Source of the DNA: Ostrea edulis
Taxonomy: Eukaryota
Direction of reading: 5' to 3'
Assembly: GCF_947568905.1 (NCBI RefSeq)
Contig: NC_079173.1
Coordinates: forward strand, 31,310,001-31,374,000
DNA: 64,000 nt
Of the stretch, positions 11,117 through 23,711 are shown in pieces. Position 1 is the first letter of the stretch. Each line of letters opens with the position of its first letter. Below the pieces are notes generated by a model. It was given only the letters and a program-made list of their open reading frames with translations. It was not told where the DNA came from and did not search any database. The translations under genes and the position numbers were made by a program.

Positions 11117-12591
11117 ATGGCAACTGTAAACGAGAACAGCGTAACCTCGGATTCTTCGTCGGATATTGACCTACACATGTCATTTGAGATATCATCCTTC
11201 GAAGAAGAACACGAGGAACATCAGCAGGACATAGTCCCATATCGGTTTGAACCTGAAGCGACTGATCTTAGCGAATCGGATGGTTCAAGCGAAGACGAAG
11301 TCGACGACCAGCACAGACTAGAAAATACAGATTGGTACAACTTTCCCTATCTTTTATTTGTTACCCATGTAATTAAATTGATAAAATATATCTATAAACT
11401 TTATAACTTCACAGCTTATGCGTGTAGAAAAAAAATAATTGTATCCACGCTATTGAAAACGTTTGGCCATTGATCAGGTCCAGCACAGTTTCTTCATTTA
11501 GCTCTCATTATAAACGTAATTATAATAGCTTGATTAAGCTAGATTAGATTGAATTTGTTAAGTGTAGTGGCGTAGCCAAGAAGTCGCATGACAATTTTTG
11601 AACGTGTTTTTACTTTGAAGTGACCACAACACTGTCCTGATTAGAGTTCATAACAAAAAGTCAATCATTTTAAGAATGTTAATGAAAAGAAAATTTCTTC
11701 TGTGTTGTTAACTGTCCACTACCCTGTGTGCGTTGAAACATACATGTAGATAACAGGGTTTTGACAAAATATGAGGAAATGGGTATATATTATAGTATAA
11801 TAGTACCCATTTGCTCATACTGTGTCAAAACCCCGTGGATAAGTATGATGACTTTACAATTTGGAATTTTAAACTTTTAAAATAATCCTCAACAATCAAA
11901 ATACTGAAGGATCAGTTTAAGAATTATTTTTTTGTTTACAATGTGTTGTATTGACATCAAGGAAATTGCTAAATAAAGAGAGTGCTGCACCTGGTAATCA
12001 TGTAATTAAGCTGCCATGTAATATTTTACCTGCTTTTCTATTTGTCTTCAGGAAATTAATTCATAGCAAATACTTCATTAACTAATGATTCAGTAATACA
12101 TGTTGATAATGCAATTACAATTTTAGGTGCAATTGTGGATCATGCACACCCATGCCCACAGCATTAGAAAGCAAATGCTGCTCTGAAATTCCACAGATTG
12201 TCGAGAAATTTGTCTTATAGTGATGATTTAACCTGCATTACAAGACATCCTGGATTCCAGACTGTTTGTCTAGACGTCTTTGTCCTGGAGACTGCATACT
12301 ACCAGTATCGTTCTCAGTATGGAGATATACAGAACAGCATGAATGAGTAAGAATGATGTTTTATTATCAATAATTATTAGGAATTCAACAAAAGTGGTGT
12401 ATTCAGTTGTGTAACAATTTATACATTTTTATCATAGGAGAAACAGATATACCGCATATCGTCAACTAGCTCGTTGGTGTTGGGGCTACTTAGGAAAGAG
12501 TGTTCGAGTTCCCCTCCCCTCCTGTGCAGTAACAAAGATCCGTGAGACATTCAGCTCAGAGGAATATCACGGATATCAAGACCCAGAATGA
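11117..12591 (+). CDS. KolX: KolX protein (P2X7 cytoplasmic ballast/ZCD-like), 3 exons, one +1 frameshift
   Basis: Exons 11117-11334, 12127-12346 and 12438-12591, with GT-AG introns in consistent phase 2. Translation: acidic N-terminus, VPYRFEP, WCNCGSC..ESKCCSE..CITRHPGF..CLD..RYTAYRQLARWCWGYLG..RVPLPSCAV..IR..F. An extra T at 12209-12211 shifts the frame. Confidence 0.88.
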
Positions 12592-13017
12592 GTAAGCATA
12601 ATTTGACTCAAAGTAAAACATTTTTTAAAAAGTTTAAAAAAAGCAATATTTCTCATGATGAAAAAAATATTTATAATATTATACAAAAGTTAAAAACATA
12701 AGCAAGAAAAAGAACACTAAAAATAAAAAAATATCTGTAAAGATATCTATTTTTTAATTAGAATAATTTAAATCAATGAAAGCATCAGCTACAAAATAAA
12801 TCCTGCACCCAGGAATGGGACGTGGGCCCTGCTTACATGTTTCCATGTCTTTAATGACTATACAAGGGGAATTATTTACACTATAGCTACATACTATGAC
12901 ACTAAAAATAAAGCAATCTAATACTAAGTTATTTACATATGCAATATACTACACAACTATATACCTGATGGACGTGATAAAGTTTTGTTCATCGCACATG
13001 TTCATCACACTTCTCTT

Positions 13018-16000
13018 CTATACTGGTGTCTCTTTCCTCCTAAAACGAGATCTGAAATGCTGCACTGCCTCACTTTTTTCAGGATGCACAAAGTTACTGG
13101 AAAGTGGTGGTGGCTGTATTTCTGGCAAGCAGGAGACAGGTGGTTGATGGGGTGATGTAGCATCAACTGAAGCTTCCATGGATGCGAATGTCTCAGTCAT
13201 CAATGAAGTTACATACCCTGAAATGAAGTCAATATGCAATAACTGTGTCATATGAGAATCTTAATTTCTACTCTTCTAGGTGCTCATTGTTTTCCATAAA
13301 TTCAAATTAAATTTTTTAAATTCTTTATACTGTTTCTATTTTATTGGTATATATATATATAGACTTTATTTAGGCATTCCCATTAGTCAAGAGAGGGAGA
13401 GAGAAAAAGAGGAGAGGAAAGGAGTATTGTTGTAGTACTATATGTTGAATCTACAGTTCTCTTTCGCACACTGTACTCTCCATGCTTAAACTTGGGAAAG
13501 CTGATCTTGAACTGCATGTTCCCTTCCTTTGTAGCAGCCTGCACTCTTGACGTATTTTCATTGAAATGAAGAGCAGCAACGATCAACCTTAAAACAATAT
13601 TGCTATAAAATTACTTATCTTAAACATGCTTTGGTCAATTCAACTTAATTAGTAGATTATCATACAGGAGCACAAAAAATATGGGGCAGATGGAAGGATT
13701 TAATTTTTTAATATATATTTCCCGAGAGAAAAAAAAATTAATGACAAAAGACATCACAGTGTTAATCAAGTTAAAATTCAAAGAATCCTTGGTAGAAGAT
13801 ACAAAACCAACATTCTGTGACTTTAATCATTCACTCATGTCACTGGGAAGCAAGTTTGTTTGAAATTGTAAATTTTGCGAAAATAAAAAAAAATCGAGGT
13901 GACTCCCTTTTTTTGAGGGGCGGGCGGGGTTGTTGATCTATCAATTGATTTTATTTGGCCTTGCATAAAATATACAAGCAGCATGGGTTATTGAACATTC
14001 ATGAAATTTCTGAAGCATAAACATACCTGCAGTACATGCCATAGTAAGAGAAGGCCACCATTTTGGGGGCAAAGTGGTTGACAGTACTATGGAATGCCTC
14101 TATCTGTGATGTCTGGTACAATGGGGATAGCTTGGGAATGTCCCTTTTCATCTGATTGGACAAGATGATGTCACTAATCTTCTCACTTGCTTTTGATCCT
14201 TTTTGAAAATGATATAAGAAAAAATTAGTAAAAATGAAATCAATAAACATTCACAGTTTTTAATAAGGCTCAACACTTTTATAAAAACCATAATATGCTA
14301 ACAAAAGAAAATGTTTAATTATCAACAGACCTATGCAAAGAACAAGAGGCCCACAGGCCTTAATGGGGCACCTAAGGATCATAGCCCATACGGGGTGCCT
14401 GAACCCATGAATTTCACAATACAGGTAGAAAGCTTTATGGACATCATAATCATGCCTTTAGTGTTTCTCAGTTCTGTATGGAAGTAGAAGAAGAAAAATT
14501 TCTAAGATTTAATACATTTTCACTGCGTGTCCATATTGACCCCACCAAAGGGCCAGGAGTCATAAACTTCACAAGTTAGAGATTTTCATAGACGTTAAAA
14601 TCATGCATTTAGTTTTTCGCCAATGTATATGGGAGTAGAAGATTTCCCAGGGTTCGAAATTAACTTTTTCAAGCACTAGTCCGTACGGACTAGTCACTGT
14701 TGATGTTCACTAGTACGCAAAACATTTCACTAGTCCGTCCAGTACATCATATTAAATGATCTTCATTTTATTCAACAGTATTTAATGAAACCAAACACAT
14801 CACAGTTGCAATCAATTTAATTTCTGACACATACAGAAGAAAGAGACCACCATATTTTATTTCGCATTCTAGATCTTCAGAAGCATACAATATTAACCTC
14901 CGAGTTAATCCTTTTATAAACATCCATAAGTGCGTTTGAGATCGACATTCCTGTTGTTTTGGTGCTCAGATCTTAGAGCCACAGGAGTTCGAAATTTTAT
15001 CAATAAAGTCAATAAAATTCACTCGATTGACCAAGTCATGAGCTATAGTGTTATGAACTACTGTGTTAGAGCATAGACATATAACCGTTATATGTCTATG
15101 GTTAGAGTCGCGAATGACGAGAACATGTGCGCACAAACGTGCATGTTCTCAGACCACACTACTTGCAATTCTTGCACATAGAATACGTTCTCGTGATGTA
15201 TACTCGGCGTTCGGAATCGGCAGGAATTTGACAATTTGTGCACGTTCGAAGAACGGCGGTCTCGAATGCACTCCATGTGTTTGGAAGCTCAGGATGTCAT
15301 AGTCACGCAAACACTTAACCATGCAGGTAATTAATCGACCATAAGTTCAAACATCTAAGAGACTCGGACAAATCTTGCTAAAAATCTACCATATTCAAGA
15401 TTGATTTCTAGAGAGTTCACTAGTCCGACACGTTTTTTACTAGTCTCGGACTTACGGACAAGAGTTAATTTCGAACCCTGTTTCCCAATATTTAATACAT
15501 TTTCACTATATGGCCCCACCTTAGGACCTGAACCCCTGACCTAGGGATCATCAAATTTACAACTTAATGGGCTACCCAATCATTCTAAATATCTGTTATT
15601 TGCAATTTAGTATCAATAGCATGAAAGAGGATGTCTTTTGAATGTTTAAAACTCTATACCAAATTTGGTCTTGTCCTGGAGTCAGAACCCCTACCCTAGG
15701 GATCATGAAAGTTACAATTTTGGTAGAGGCTTTCCTGTTCTACATTACTATGTATTTAGTTTTTCTCACATACATGTGGATATAAAGAAAATTTGTCAAA
15801 TTTGGGCAGTTTTTGTCCTGCCCCTTAGACTCCAGGAGTGCAGGAATCCTTAAATTTACAATTTATGTCCACCTTGTTCAAAAAATGCTACATACCAAAG
15901 TTGAAAAGAATTGGCATGGTAGACATCAAAAAGTAAAAAATGTTCAATTGTTAACACATGACGAAGGACGACGACCGCAGACCAATTGCAATAGGTCATT

Positions 16001-19000
16001 CGAGTAAACTTTAGTGATCTAAAATTTTAACAAGTGGTTCTACCTGGTTTTATCCACTTCTTCTTTCGTTCGTCGCCATAAAACATGCCATGGGCACACG
16101 ATGGGAATAGCTCATTGTGTCCCTCATGCTTGTTGTGAACATGGTTTTCAACGGATTCCCACTTTGCCCACATCAAGTCCCCATCCCCATTAGGTGTAGA
16201 GGCTGCTACCCAATATAGGTGATTTGTCAGGCTCCTGCTCCACTTCGATAGCTGTCCACATTCACTCTGTTTGGCGGCAGCCAGGACTTTTTTCTTTAAA
16301 CCTACATTGAATAAACAGGACAAACTCAGATAATTCTCAATGCATATTTTCTACAGTTCTCTCCAAACTTCAAATAATTAAGCATGCATAGCTATGTGTC
16401 TAGTAAATGTCTGCAAATGTTGCGAGCATAAATCAGAGTGAACAATTAAAAATATTACCTTTAGCAACATGCCACACATCATAGTAATGAGTGGTCTCGG
16501 GTAAATTTTCCCTGATCCACTTCTGGATTTGTAGATGGCGGTCAGTCACGATCGTCCCTATCTCCAGATCGTTATTTTTTACCCAGTCAACAGCACGCTC
16601 GAGACCTCTTTTCTCCATACCATTACTATTCTTTACTTCATTACTCTACAAAATTGTATAACAATATAAATAAGGAGAAAAAGTAAACCACATCTCACAC
16701 ACATCATCAAGAACTTGAAATCACAAATACAACTTTCAAAATAAACTTCTTAAAATAGATGTTTAAATATCATACATAAAGACTAGTTAATGTCAAATCT
16801 TTCCTTTCATTCATTTATGCAAATACCTGAACTAGCTGGATGTCAATCACAATTCCTTTTTCAAGGTCAATAGTGCTGTAGGAGCCAAACTTGGCACAGT
16901 GACCAGGGGAGTCAGCTCGCCCATCTCCACCAACAATCAGTGGCTCCCCTCGTTCCTCCGCTTGCCTGACATACATCTCCTGGTGTCTGTTCCACACACG
17001 ACCAATGACAGGAAACAGCACAGATGCCTGGTGGGAATAAAATGTTCTACTTGTTATGGTTGCAACTCCCATAAACTGCAGAACCCGCAGAACTTTAGCA
17101 GCAAGGGCTCCAGAGAACAGAATGCTGGCAGATAATCCGAGGTTTCCTACCGGAATGTTTCCAAGGGAGGGCTGGCTACTCCATTGCCAAGTAAATCCAC
17201 AGAATTCACACTCTGCACTAATCCTGGCCATCGTCCCTATCACCTGATGAACAGTGGCTGTGGCGTGTCTATGGCACCTCTTGCAGCTACTGAATAGCTC
17301 CAACAACTTTGATCTGGACACTATAAACTTTCCTTCATCCAGTGGGTTGTAGGGCTTTTCATTGCTAAAACATTTCAAATTAAACTGATTATATAGCTTA
17401 GGTTTTCCTTAGTACTTCAACTGATAGGATTTTTCAGACACTTTTTTCAACAATAGATATATAATGTTGTTTTGTTTTAATAGAAAATAGTTCAGAATTA
17501 CATAATCAATTTTTTAAAAAATTTCTACAACTTCAATCTGAATTTACTTAGAATGCTAATTCCCCCCCCCCCCCCCCTCAATTAAACACTTGAATTCTCA
17601 CAGAATGCAAAATAGAGCTTACTTATTATTATGGATATGAGAATCATCTGAACTGGCACAGCTACTAGATGGTTCATACAGTGAGGCAGCCTCACTCCCT
17701 ACTTCCTCTATTGACTCTCCCCCACTTGACAAATCCAGGACAGGAACTGCTGCTGGTGGTACTTGTGGAGTGGGCAAGTCATCCCTGCCATTAAATTGTA
17801 TACCAATGCTGCGAACACGTGGTTGGAGATTAACTTGCAGCCCTGGAGAGTAAAATGGCCATTAACAATCTGCCCAATTGTAAAAAGTGACTTTTTTGAG
17901 TAACAAAATACAAACAGGAGAGAATTGATTTGTATTAAAATTTCTATTTTATCTAAAACTTTTTATTGTGTTTCTGGGTTTTTTTAATTGTAACAAAAAC
18001 ATGAATAAACATTAACTGTACATAGAATCAATTCACTGATATAATATTATTGTCTGTAAACATTAAATTTGACCTTTCTCTTTATTCTTTGCAGCCACTT
18101 GGATCTTAACACTGCGTTTCCTAGGTTCTTCTGTCTGACAGGCCATTGATATGCTACTCTCTTCCTAAAATAGATATAAATATTGAGTATTCTGTAGAAT
18201 ATGCAAATGCAAACACTTTTTAAACAATTTTAACTAGTTTTACTGTTTCAGAAATGTTTGATTTATTAACCTACATTTGAAAACAGATTTCTGTTTTGAC
18301 AATTTTCAAACATGATCTATAACCATTTCCAATCAATTGTTATAGAAATATGTGGAAATTGTTATTTGTGAAATTCTCCTACAGAGTTTAAACTTTAAGA
18401 ATTATACCATTAGTCACGCGGGCTCCGGGATTTTGCTATTTCGGAACCCACCGAAGAATTTTGTAGCCCACCAACTCAAATAATGTAAAATAGTCTCACT
18501 ATCAATATTTATATATATATATGTTTATCAGTGTTCATTCCATATCAACATCAAGCAAAGCATCCCAACCTCACTTTCCTCGAACCATGGACAGGGCTCG
18601 GAATTAACATATATGCTCGTCAGTCTGTGATTGGTTAAACGTCTGGCGGACTGACATTCATCTGTTTTAATCAGTCCGATGGGACTGGTTAAATTCCTAA
18701 AGCATCATTTTGGAAAATGTATTTATGAATATGGATTATCACAATACCGAACCCGATATAAAATACTTTTTTGAAAAGAAACTGTACTGGCCATGTGGGT
18801 TACCAAGATTTCAATTGTACTCGCTCAACCCAAATTTCACTTGCATTTGGTGAGTGAACAGGTGTTAAGTTTAAACCCTGGTTTAAATTGATTTATGTAA
18901 ACAGGAATACCTGAATGGGTGCTTGCTGACTCTCAACATGCTCTTGTAGGTCTTCCTCTACTGGTATTTCTGTATTGTTGTCACACAGCAACTCTGTCAG

Positions 19001-20101
19001 TATCTATAATGAACCAATGCAACAATTGTTACAAGTGTAACCACATCCTTGAGGAAATGCAGTACTAAGTCTAGGAAATTCTGGGTGGGGATCTGGACCC
19101 CCCCCCCCCCCCCCACGCGAATCCTCAATCTGAGCATGAAAGCAACAATGAAGCGAGAAACGTAGAAAACATAAGCATGCATCCCATCTCAATTTTTTTT
19201 GCCTAATGAAAAAAAAAAATGTTTTACTGAGTACCATAGTCTAAATAAAGGAATAATGAATTGACAAGCAACTCATATAGATCCTTAGCTAAAAATTTAC
19301 CTACACTCAAATTTTTGCAAGTATAGTAAATTAGTAATTAATTACGAAGATGAGATTCAACAAATAATCAGATAGGTATGCTATTTGCTTATGAGACAGG
19401 TGCATTGTACCCACTGCACTTCTGTGTCACTGTCTCGCCTCACTGATGCGTGAAGTCCAGCAATTCATGAAGTCAAAATAAAGGACATCTTTGTATTTAA
19501 CATGTTACTGTACATTGATTTATATTGTTTCATATGGTAAATGGAAATGATTGCATTAGACATTGGCTACTTTCAGCTAGACATGTACATTGTTTATAAA
19601 GTTATTAAGTTGAAACCTGCATCGCTGTGGGAATAATACTTCTGAGTGTGTTTGATTAAAAAAAACAACAACAACGAAGAACAGAAAAGAAAATTACCAT
19701 GTTTTTTGCGCGCTTTGCATATGCTCTTCGTTCGGGGGGGGGGGGGGGGGGGGGGGGGTCGTGAGCTGAGGAGACTGAAGAAAGGCGTCGTTGAGTTCAT
19801 CCCTCTTCCGCTTAGGATATATCGATGGCACAGATCCCTTACGAAGACACTTATTCGCAGGAATGCCGAAGCCTTTCATCAGCGAAAAACAGGCCTCGTA
19901 GCAATCCTCGTTAAAATGTTCGCTACAAATCACTGTGTACTGCGATGGCCCAGGCCAGTCTGCCCTTGTTAGCTTTACAAAACGAACCCAGGCTGCTCGC
20001 TGACGCTGATCTTTTGGGAAAATATGCACCGAAACTCCATCTGCTTGTCTTTTGCTACAACCTGCCACAACGCACATCCGTCCTTTATTCTTACTAGCCA
20101 T
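13018..20101 (-). CDS. Kolobok transposase (THAP + C4 zinc finger + DDE), 10 exons, ~770 aa, one frameshift in a poly-G run
   Basis: Exons (-): 20101-19698, 19003-18911, 18164-18074, 17842-17623, 17364-16827, 16645-16459, 16301-16044, 14198-14027, 13587-13439, 13217-13018. All introns are GT-AG with matching phases. Motifs: THAP CVVAGC..CSEHF..SVPSI, GGDGRADSPGH, VTDRH, YDVWH, QTSQIEAFH, ALHFNEN. Confidence 0.9.
14341..16024 (+). mobile_element. Helentron-like non-autonomous element in transposase intron 7
   Basis: Starts AACAAGAGGCCCACAGGCCTT and ends GACGACCGCAGACCAATTGCAATAGGTCATTCGAG..GTGATCTAAAA. The interior resembles 7080-7790. Confidence 0.7.
14648..15480. mobile_element. TIR MITE (CAGGG termini, hAT-like) nested in the Helentron-like element
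   Basis: Perfect 18-bp TIR CAGGGTTCGAAATTAACT / AGTTAATTTCGAACCCTG, subterminal ACTAGTCCG repeats, and flanking direct repeat TTTCC. Confidence 0.85.
18382..18880. mobile_element. TIR MITE (hAT-like ends) in transposase intron 2
   Basis: CAGAGTTTAAACTT / AAGTTTAAACCCTG (13/14 match). No clear TSD. Confidence 0.65.
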
Positions 20102-20196
20102 TTCGATGTTATAATCACTACCGAGCTCTACCAATTTTGCATTGAGAATGGCGCCAATGATGTTAGTTGGCGTCACTTCCGGTAGAGCCCGTTTTC

Positions 20197-22608
20197 GGGG
20201 TCGGTGTAATGACCTGATAAGTGTAATGACCTGATTGACCTGATGGGGTATAATTCAATCTCCGCTGAAGTATATATCAAAAAGATGATATTTTAAGATT
20301 TGTTCTGATTAAATATACACCTTTCTTTCATATAATAATGATTTAAAAAAATTATATGCGTCTTAATGCATTATAATTCATAATTTTCAAACCCGAGGGG
20401 TGTAATGACCTGATATTTAGTGTAATGTCCTGATGGGACATTTCTACAAAAATGATATATTTCTACGATGTTTTATGCACCCAAATCATTTATGTATATG
20501 AGTTGGTATATATCTTATGATATTCAATTATTGTTTTTAATAATACCCGGTTATTTTTTATTATTTTAGATTTCAACTAAACCTAGGGTGTAATGTCCTG
20601 ATATCCGAATGACCTGATGACACGATAGAGGGTTATAGAGTAATGTCCTGATGTGCTGTTTTTATAGTAGACAAAGCTTCTTTCGGCGTTATTTGTTTTT
20701 ATATTGAATATTTTCACAAACATTAATTTTTTGAAATGATATTTTTAAAGAAAATCGAAGATTTATAAATTAACAATCATAGTTATTTTGTTATTTTAAA
20801 TTTGCAGAAGTGTAATGACCTGATATTGGAATGACCTGATGAAAACTGTTACGAGTATTATTGATAAATTCAAATTAAAGGATAGATTTGTTTAATGTTA
20901 ATAATGATATGTTGATTGCATAATTTAGATAGTGATAGTACTGAGCGAAATGAAACATTGGACAAAACATTTGTTTCCTGAATTATATCAAATAAATATG
21001 TACATTCATATGTTCATGTAGCTGGAAAAAACATTGACCAAAAACATGTAAGAGGTCAAAAAACTTTTTAAAAAATAATGTTTCAATTTCTGCTGGTGTG
21101 TAGAATGAAATTAAACAAAAACTATTTTATTATGCATGGATTTCCAAATTGGAACAATACAGAATTGGCATTCAATGAGTTTGCATACTTATAATTTGGA
21201 GAAGTTGATAAAGGAAAATAAAGTATCCAATCGCGATAGTCCAAGTGACGCAAGCTAAATAATTTGGTAATTGTGAGTAACTACCGTATACCTGGCTTAT
21301 TTCGACTTCAAGGCTGAAATACCGCGATGTAAAAACAAATTAATTTCAATTTAGCAATTAATTTTCAGAATATCAAAGGCACATCTCTAATCGCTGAAGT
21401 TAAAGGATGAATGGTAGTAAAGAATTCGTTAACATCAAAAATAATTTAAACTATCACGTCAAATACAGATAACAAATTGCAGTTAATATTGCAGTTTTAT
21501 ACATATCTTGATTTATATTCGATAATCTTGTTATTTATATTTGAAAAATTGAACAAGATTGTCAAATATAAATCAAAATTTCCGCATATAAATATCAAGA
21601 TTATCGAATTCAAATATCAAGATTATCGAATATGAAGCAAGATTTGTATAATATTACAACGTTTTACTTGGTAATTTTTCATTAATATTTTCAAAAGAAG
21701 AACTTGAATAATAAAAAACACTGTTCATACGATAAAAACATGTATAACTCTGGTATAATTCGTAAATTATATATATTTTATATTGTCATGCATCGTACAT
21801 GTGTATGTCATAACATATATTGTTTGTGATTGTGTACTTATCTTGATTTTTTTCTTCTTGAATTTTGTATGCCCAACATAGCCCAGAATTGGATGAATGA
21901 ATAAATAATTAAGATAAACGTTAGAAATAATAAATGAAAAGTATGACCTAAAACATTGCATGCGACACACAAACAAATAATTTCAATATACCAATTTTTC
22001 GAATAGCAAATATACTCCTTTCAAAATGCCGAAATTAAAATAATCTTTATGAAAACTTTAGAAATAATCAATATATAAATACTACTTCTTTCATATAACT
22101 TTCAAATCAACTTGTTAAAGTAATAAAGCTATACGACACGTCTTATCAGGTCAATCTTCATCAGGACATTACACCGCAGAAAATCTCATCAGGTCATTCT
22201 TCATCAGGACATTACACCACCGCGGAAGAAAACTCGTTATAATACTCGTTTAAACAACATTTAATAATTATGTTTTACAACATATTAAATATAACTATTC
22301 ATACAAAATAATGACTACAAAAAATAAATATATACACTTAACATTACAGTTCAGATTGGTAAAATACTTCATCAGGACATTACACTAATTATCAGGACAT
22401 TACACCCTTTGCTTTTGCTAAATGCAATAAAAAGGGTATTAAAATAAATTCTTGTAATTTCTTCTTTTCTAATATCATAAAGAATGATAAAACAAGATAT
22501 AAGAAACAAAAATTATTTCAATACAACGTTTATTTCCTTAATAATATTACTTTATACCCCATCAGGTCAATCAGGTCATTACACTTATCAGGACATTACA
22601 CCCACCCC
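20197..22608. mobile_element. 2.4-kb non-autonomous TIR element (MULE/P-like TSD length) between the transposase gene and the Kolobok right end
   Basis: ~57-bp TIRs (GGGGT.GGTGTAATG.CCTGATAAGTGTAATGACCTGATTGACCTGATGGGGTATAA), many subterminal TAATG(A/T)CCTGAT motifs in mirrored orientation, and flanking direct repeat (CC)CGTTTTC of 7-9 bp. Confidence 0.85.
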
Positions 22609-22920
22609 CGTTTTCGTTATCGTAAAGGTGTGGATTAGCAATATTTTGATATTTCGTGCAATAACTCGCATATTAAAAAGCACTGAGTGATCAGACTTGT
22701 TTTTTTCTGTTCTTTATTATATAAACAATATTTAAAGAAGCACTTTGAAAACGGCTTCACGGACACTTTAATTTATATTATTGATAATGTATTATAATGT
22801 ATTGAACGAATTATTGTTCACTTTCATTTTAATATCCTAACATTACTTTCGAATTATCTTTTAGTCGTGTTCAGTGCATTCAATTATTCCAGTGGATACT
22901 GAATACTGGACCCCCCCCCA

Positions 22921-22924
<4 letters not shown>

Positions 22925-22966
<42 letters not shown>
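22925..22966. repeat. (CT)n microsatellite
   Basis: Direct reading. Confidence 0.95.
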
Positions 22967-22969
<3 letters not shown>

Positions 22970-23020
22970 TGGATAACGACAATTGTTATCACCAAACTTC
23001 ATTCCTCTACGTGTTTCCTT

Positions 23021-23240
23021 ATGAAATATTTACCATCCGTTTAAAGTGTGACGACTTAATGAAATATTTACCATCCGTTTAAAGTGTGACGACTTAATGA
23101 AATATTTACCATCCGTTTAAAGTGTGACGACTTAATGAAATATTTACCATCCGTTTAAAGTGTGACGACTTTTAAATGAAATACCGGTATTTACCGTCCG
23201 TTTAAAGTGTGACGACTTGATGAAATATTTACCATCCTGA
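23021..23240. repeat. 38-bp minisatellite, ~5.5 copies
   Basis: ATGAAATATTTACCATCCGTTTAAAGTGTGACGACTTA starts at 23021, 23059, 23097 and onward, with no spacers. Confidence 0.92.
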
Positions 23241-23640
23241 TAAAGTATGACGACTTTGTAACATTCCTTGGCCATTATTTTATGGACTTGTTCTACCCCA
23301 CCTCTCAAATATCTATATTCTCTCCCCGTAACTATTTTGACGCACAATAAATTATCTAGTATTCAATAAAGTCACGAGTTCCGAGAACAATCTGGACGAC
23401 ATATCACAATATTGCATACATGTACTTATGTCACCCGTTAGATCGTCATGTTCACGTGTTTCTTCAACATTGCAAAAGAGCAGTGGACTCTTACTGGTAA
23501 CCCACAGAATTTTGATTAAGGAAGTGTTCATTAAAAAAGAGGACTATTTTTTTCTGAAACCTTTTATATATTGTACATGTATGTATTTGTTGATAATAAA
23601 TGCTATATACCGTTGAAAGTTATATCATCATCATTCATCA

Positions 23641-23673
<33 letters not shown>

Positions 23674-23711
23674 CGTCTCTAAGATAAACAACTTTGTATT
23701 CATTATTTGTA

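Larger units (their letters stand above)
10899..22767. mobile_element. Kolobok DNA transposon, full-length, with nested insertions
   Basis: Left end TTAA|AGAGTCCGTGAAG (TTAA 10895-10898). Right end CTTCACGGACACT|TTAA (TTAA 22768-22771). It encodes a THAP-DDE transposase and a convergent KolX gene. Confidence 0.9.

Noticed and set aside
19330-19480. Possible extra transposase exon (NELLDF..)
   Set aside because: It contains a stop and has no good acceptor. Exon 1 splices in phase to 19003 without it.
20200-22600. CTGATGA-like strings as additional hammerheads
   Set aside because: They are part of the element's TAATGACCTGAT motif, with no stem II or GAAA in register.
23021-23240. CRISPR-sized 38-bp repeats
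   Set aside because: The units are head-to-tail with no unique spacers, the context is eukaryotic, and there are no cas genes.
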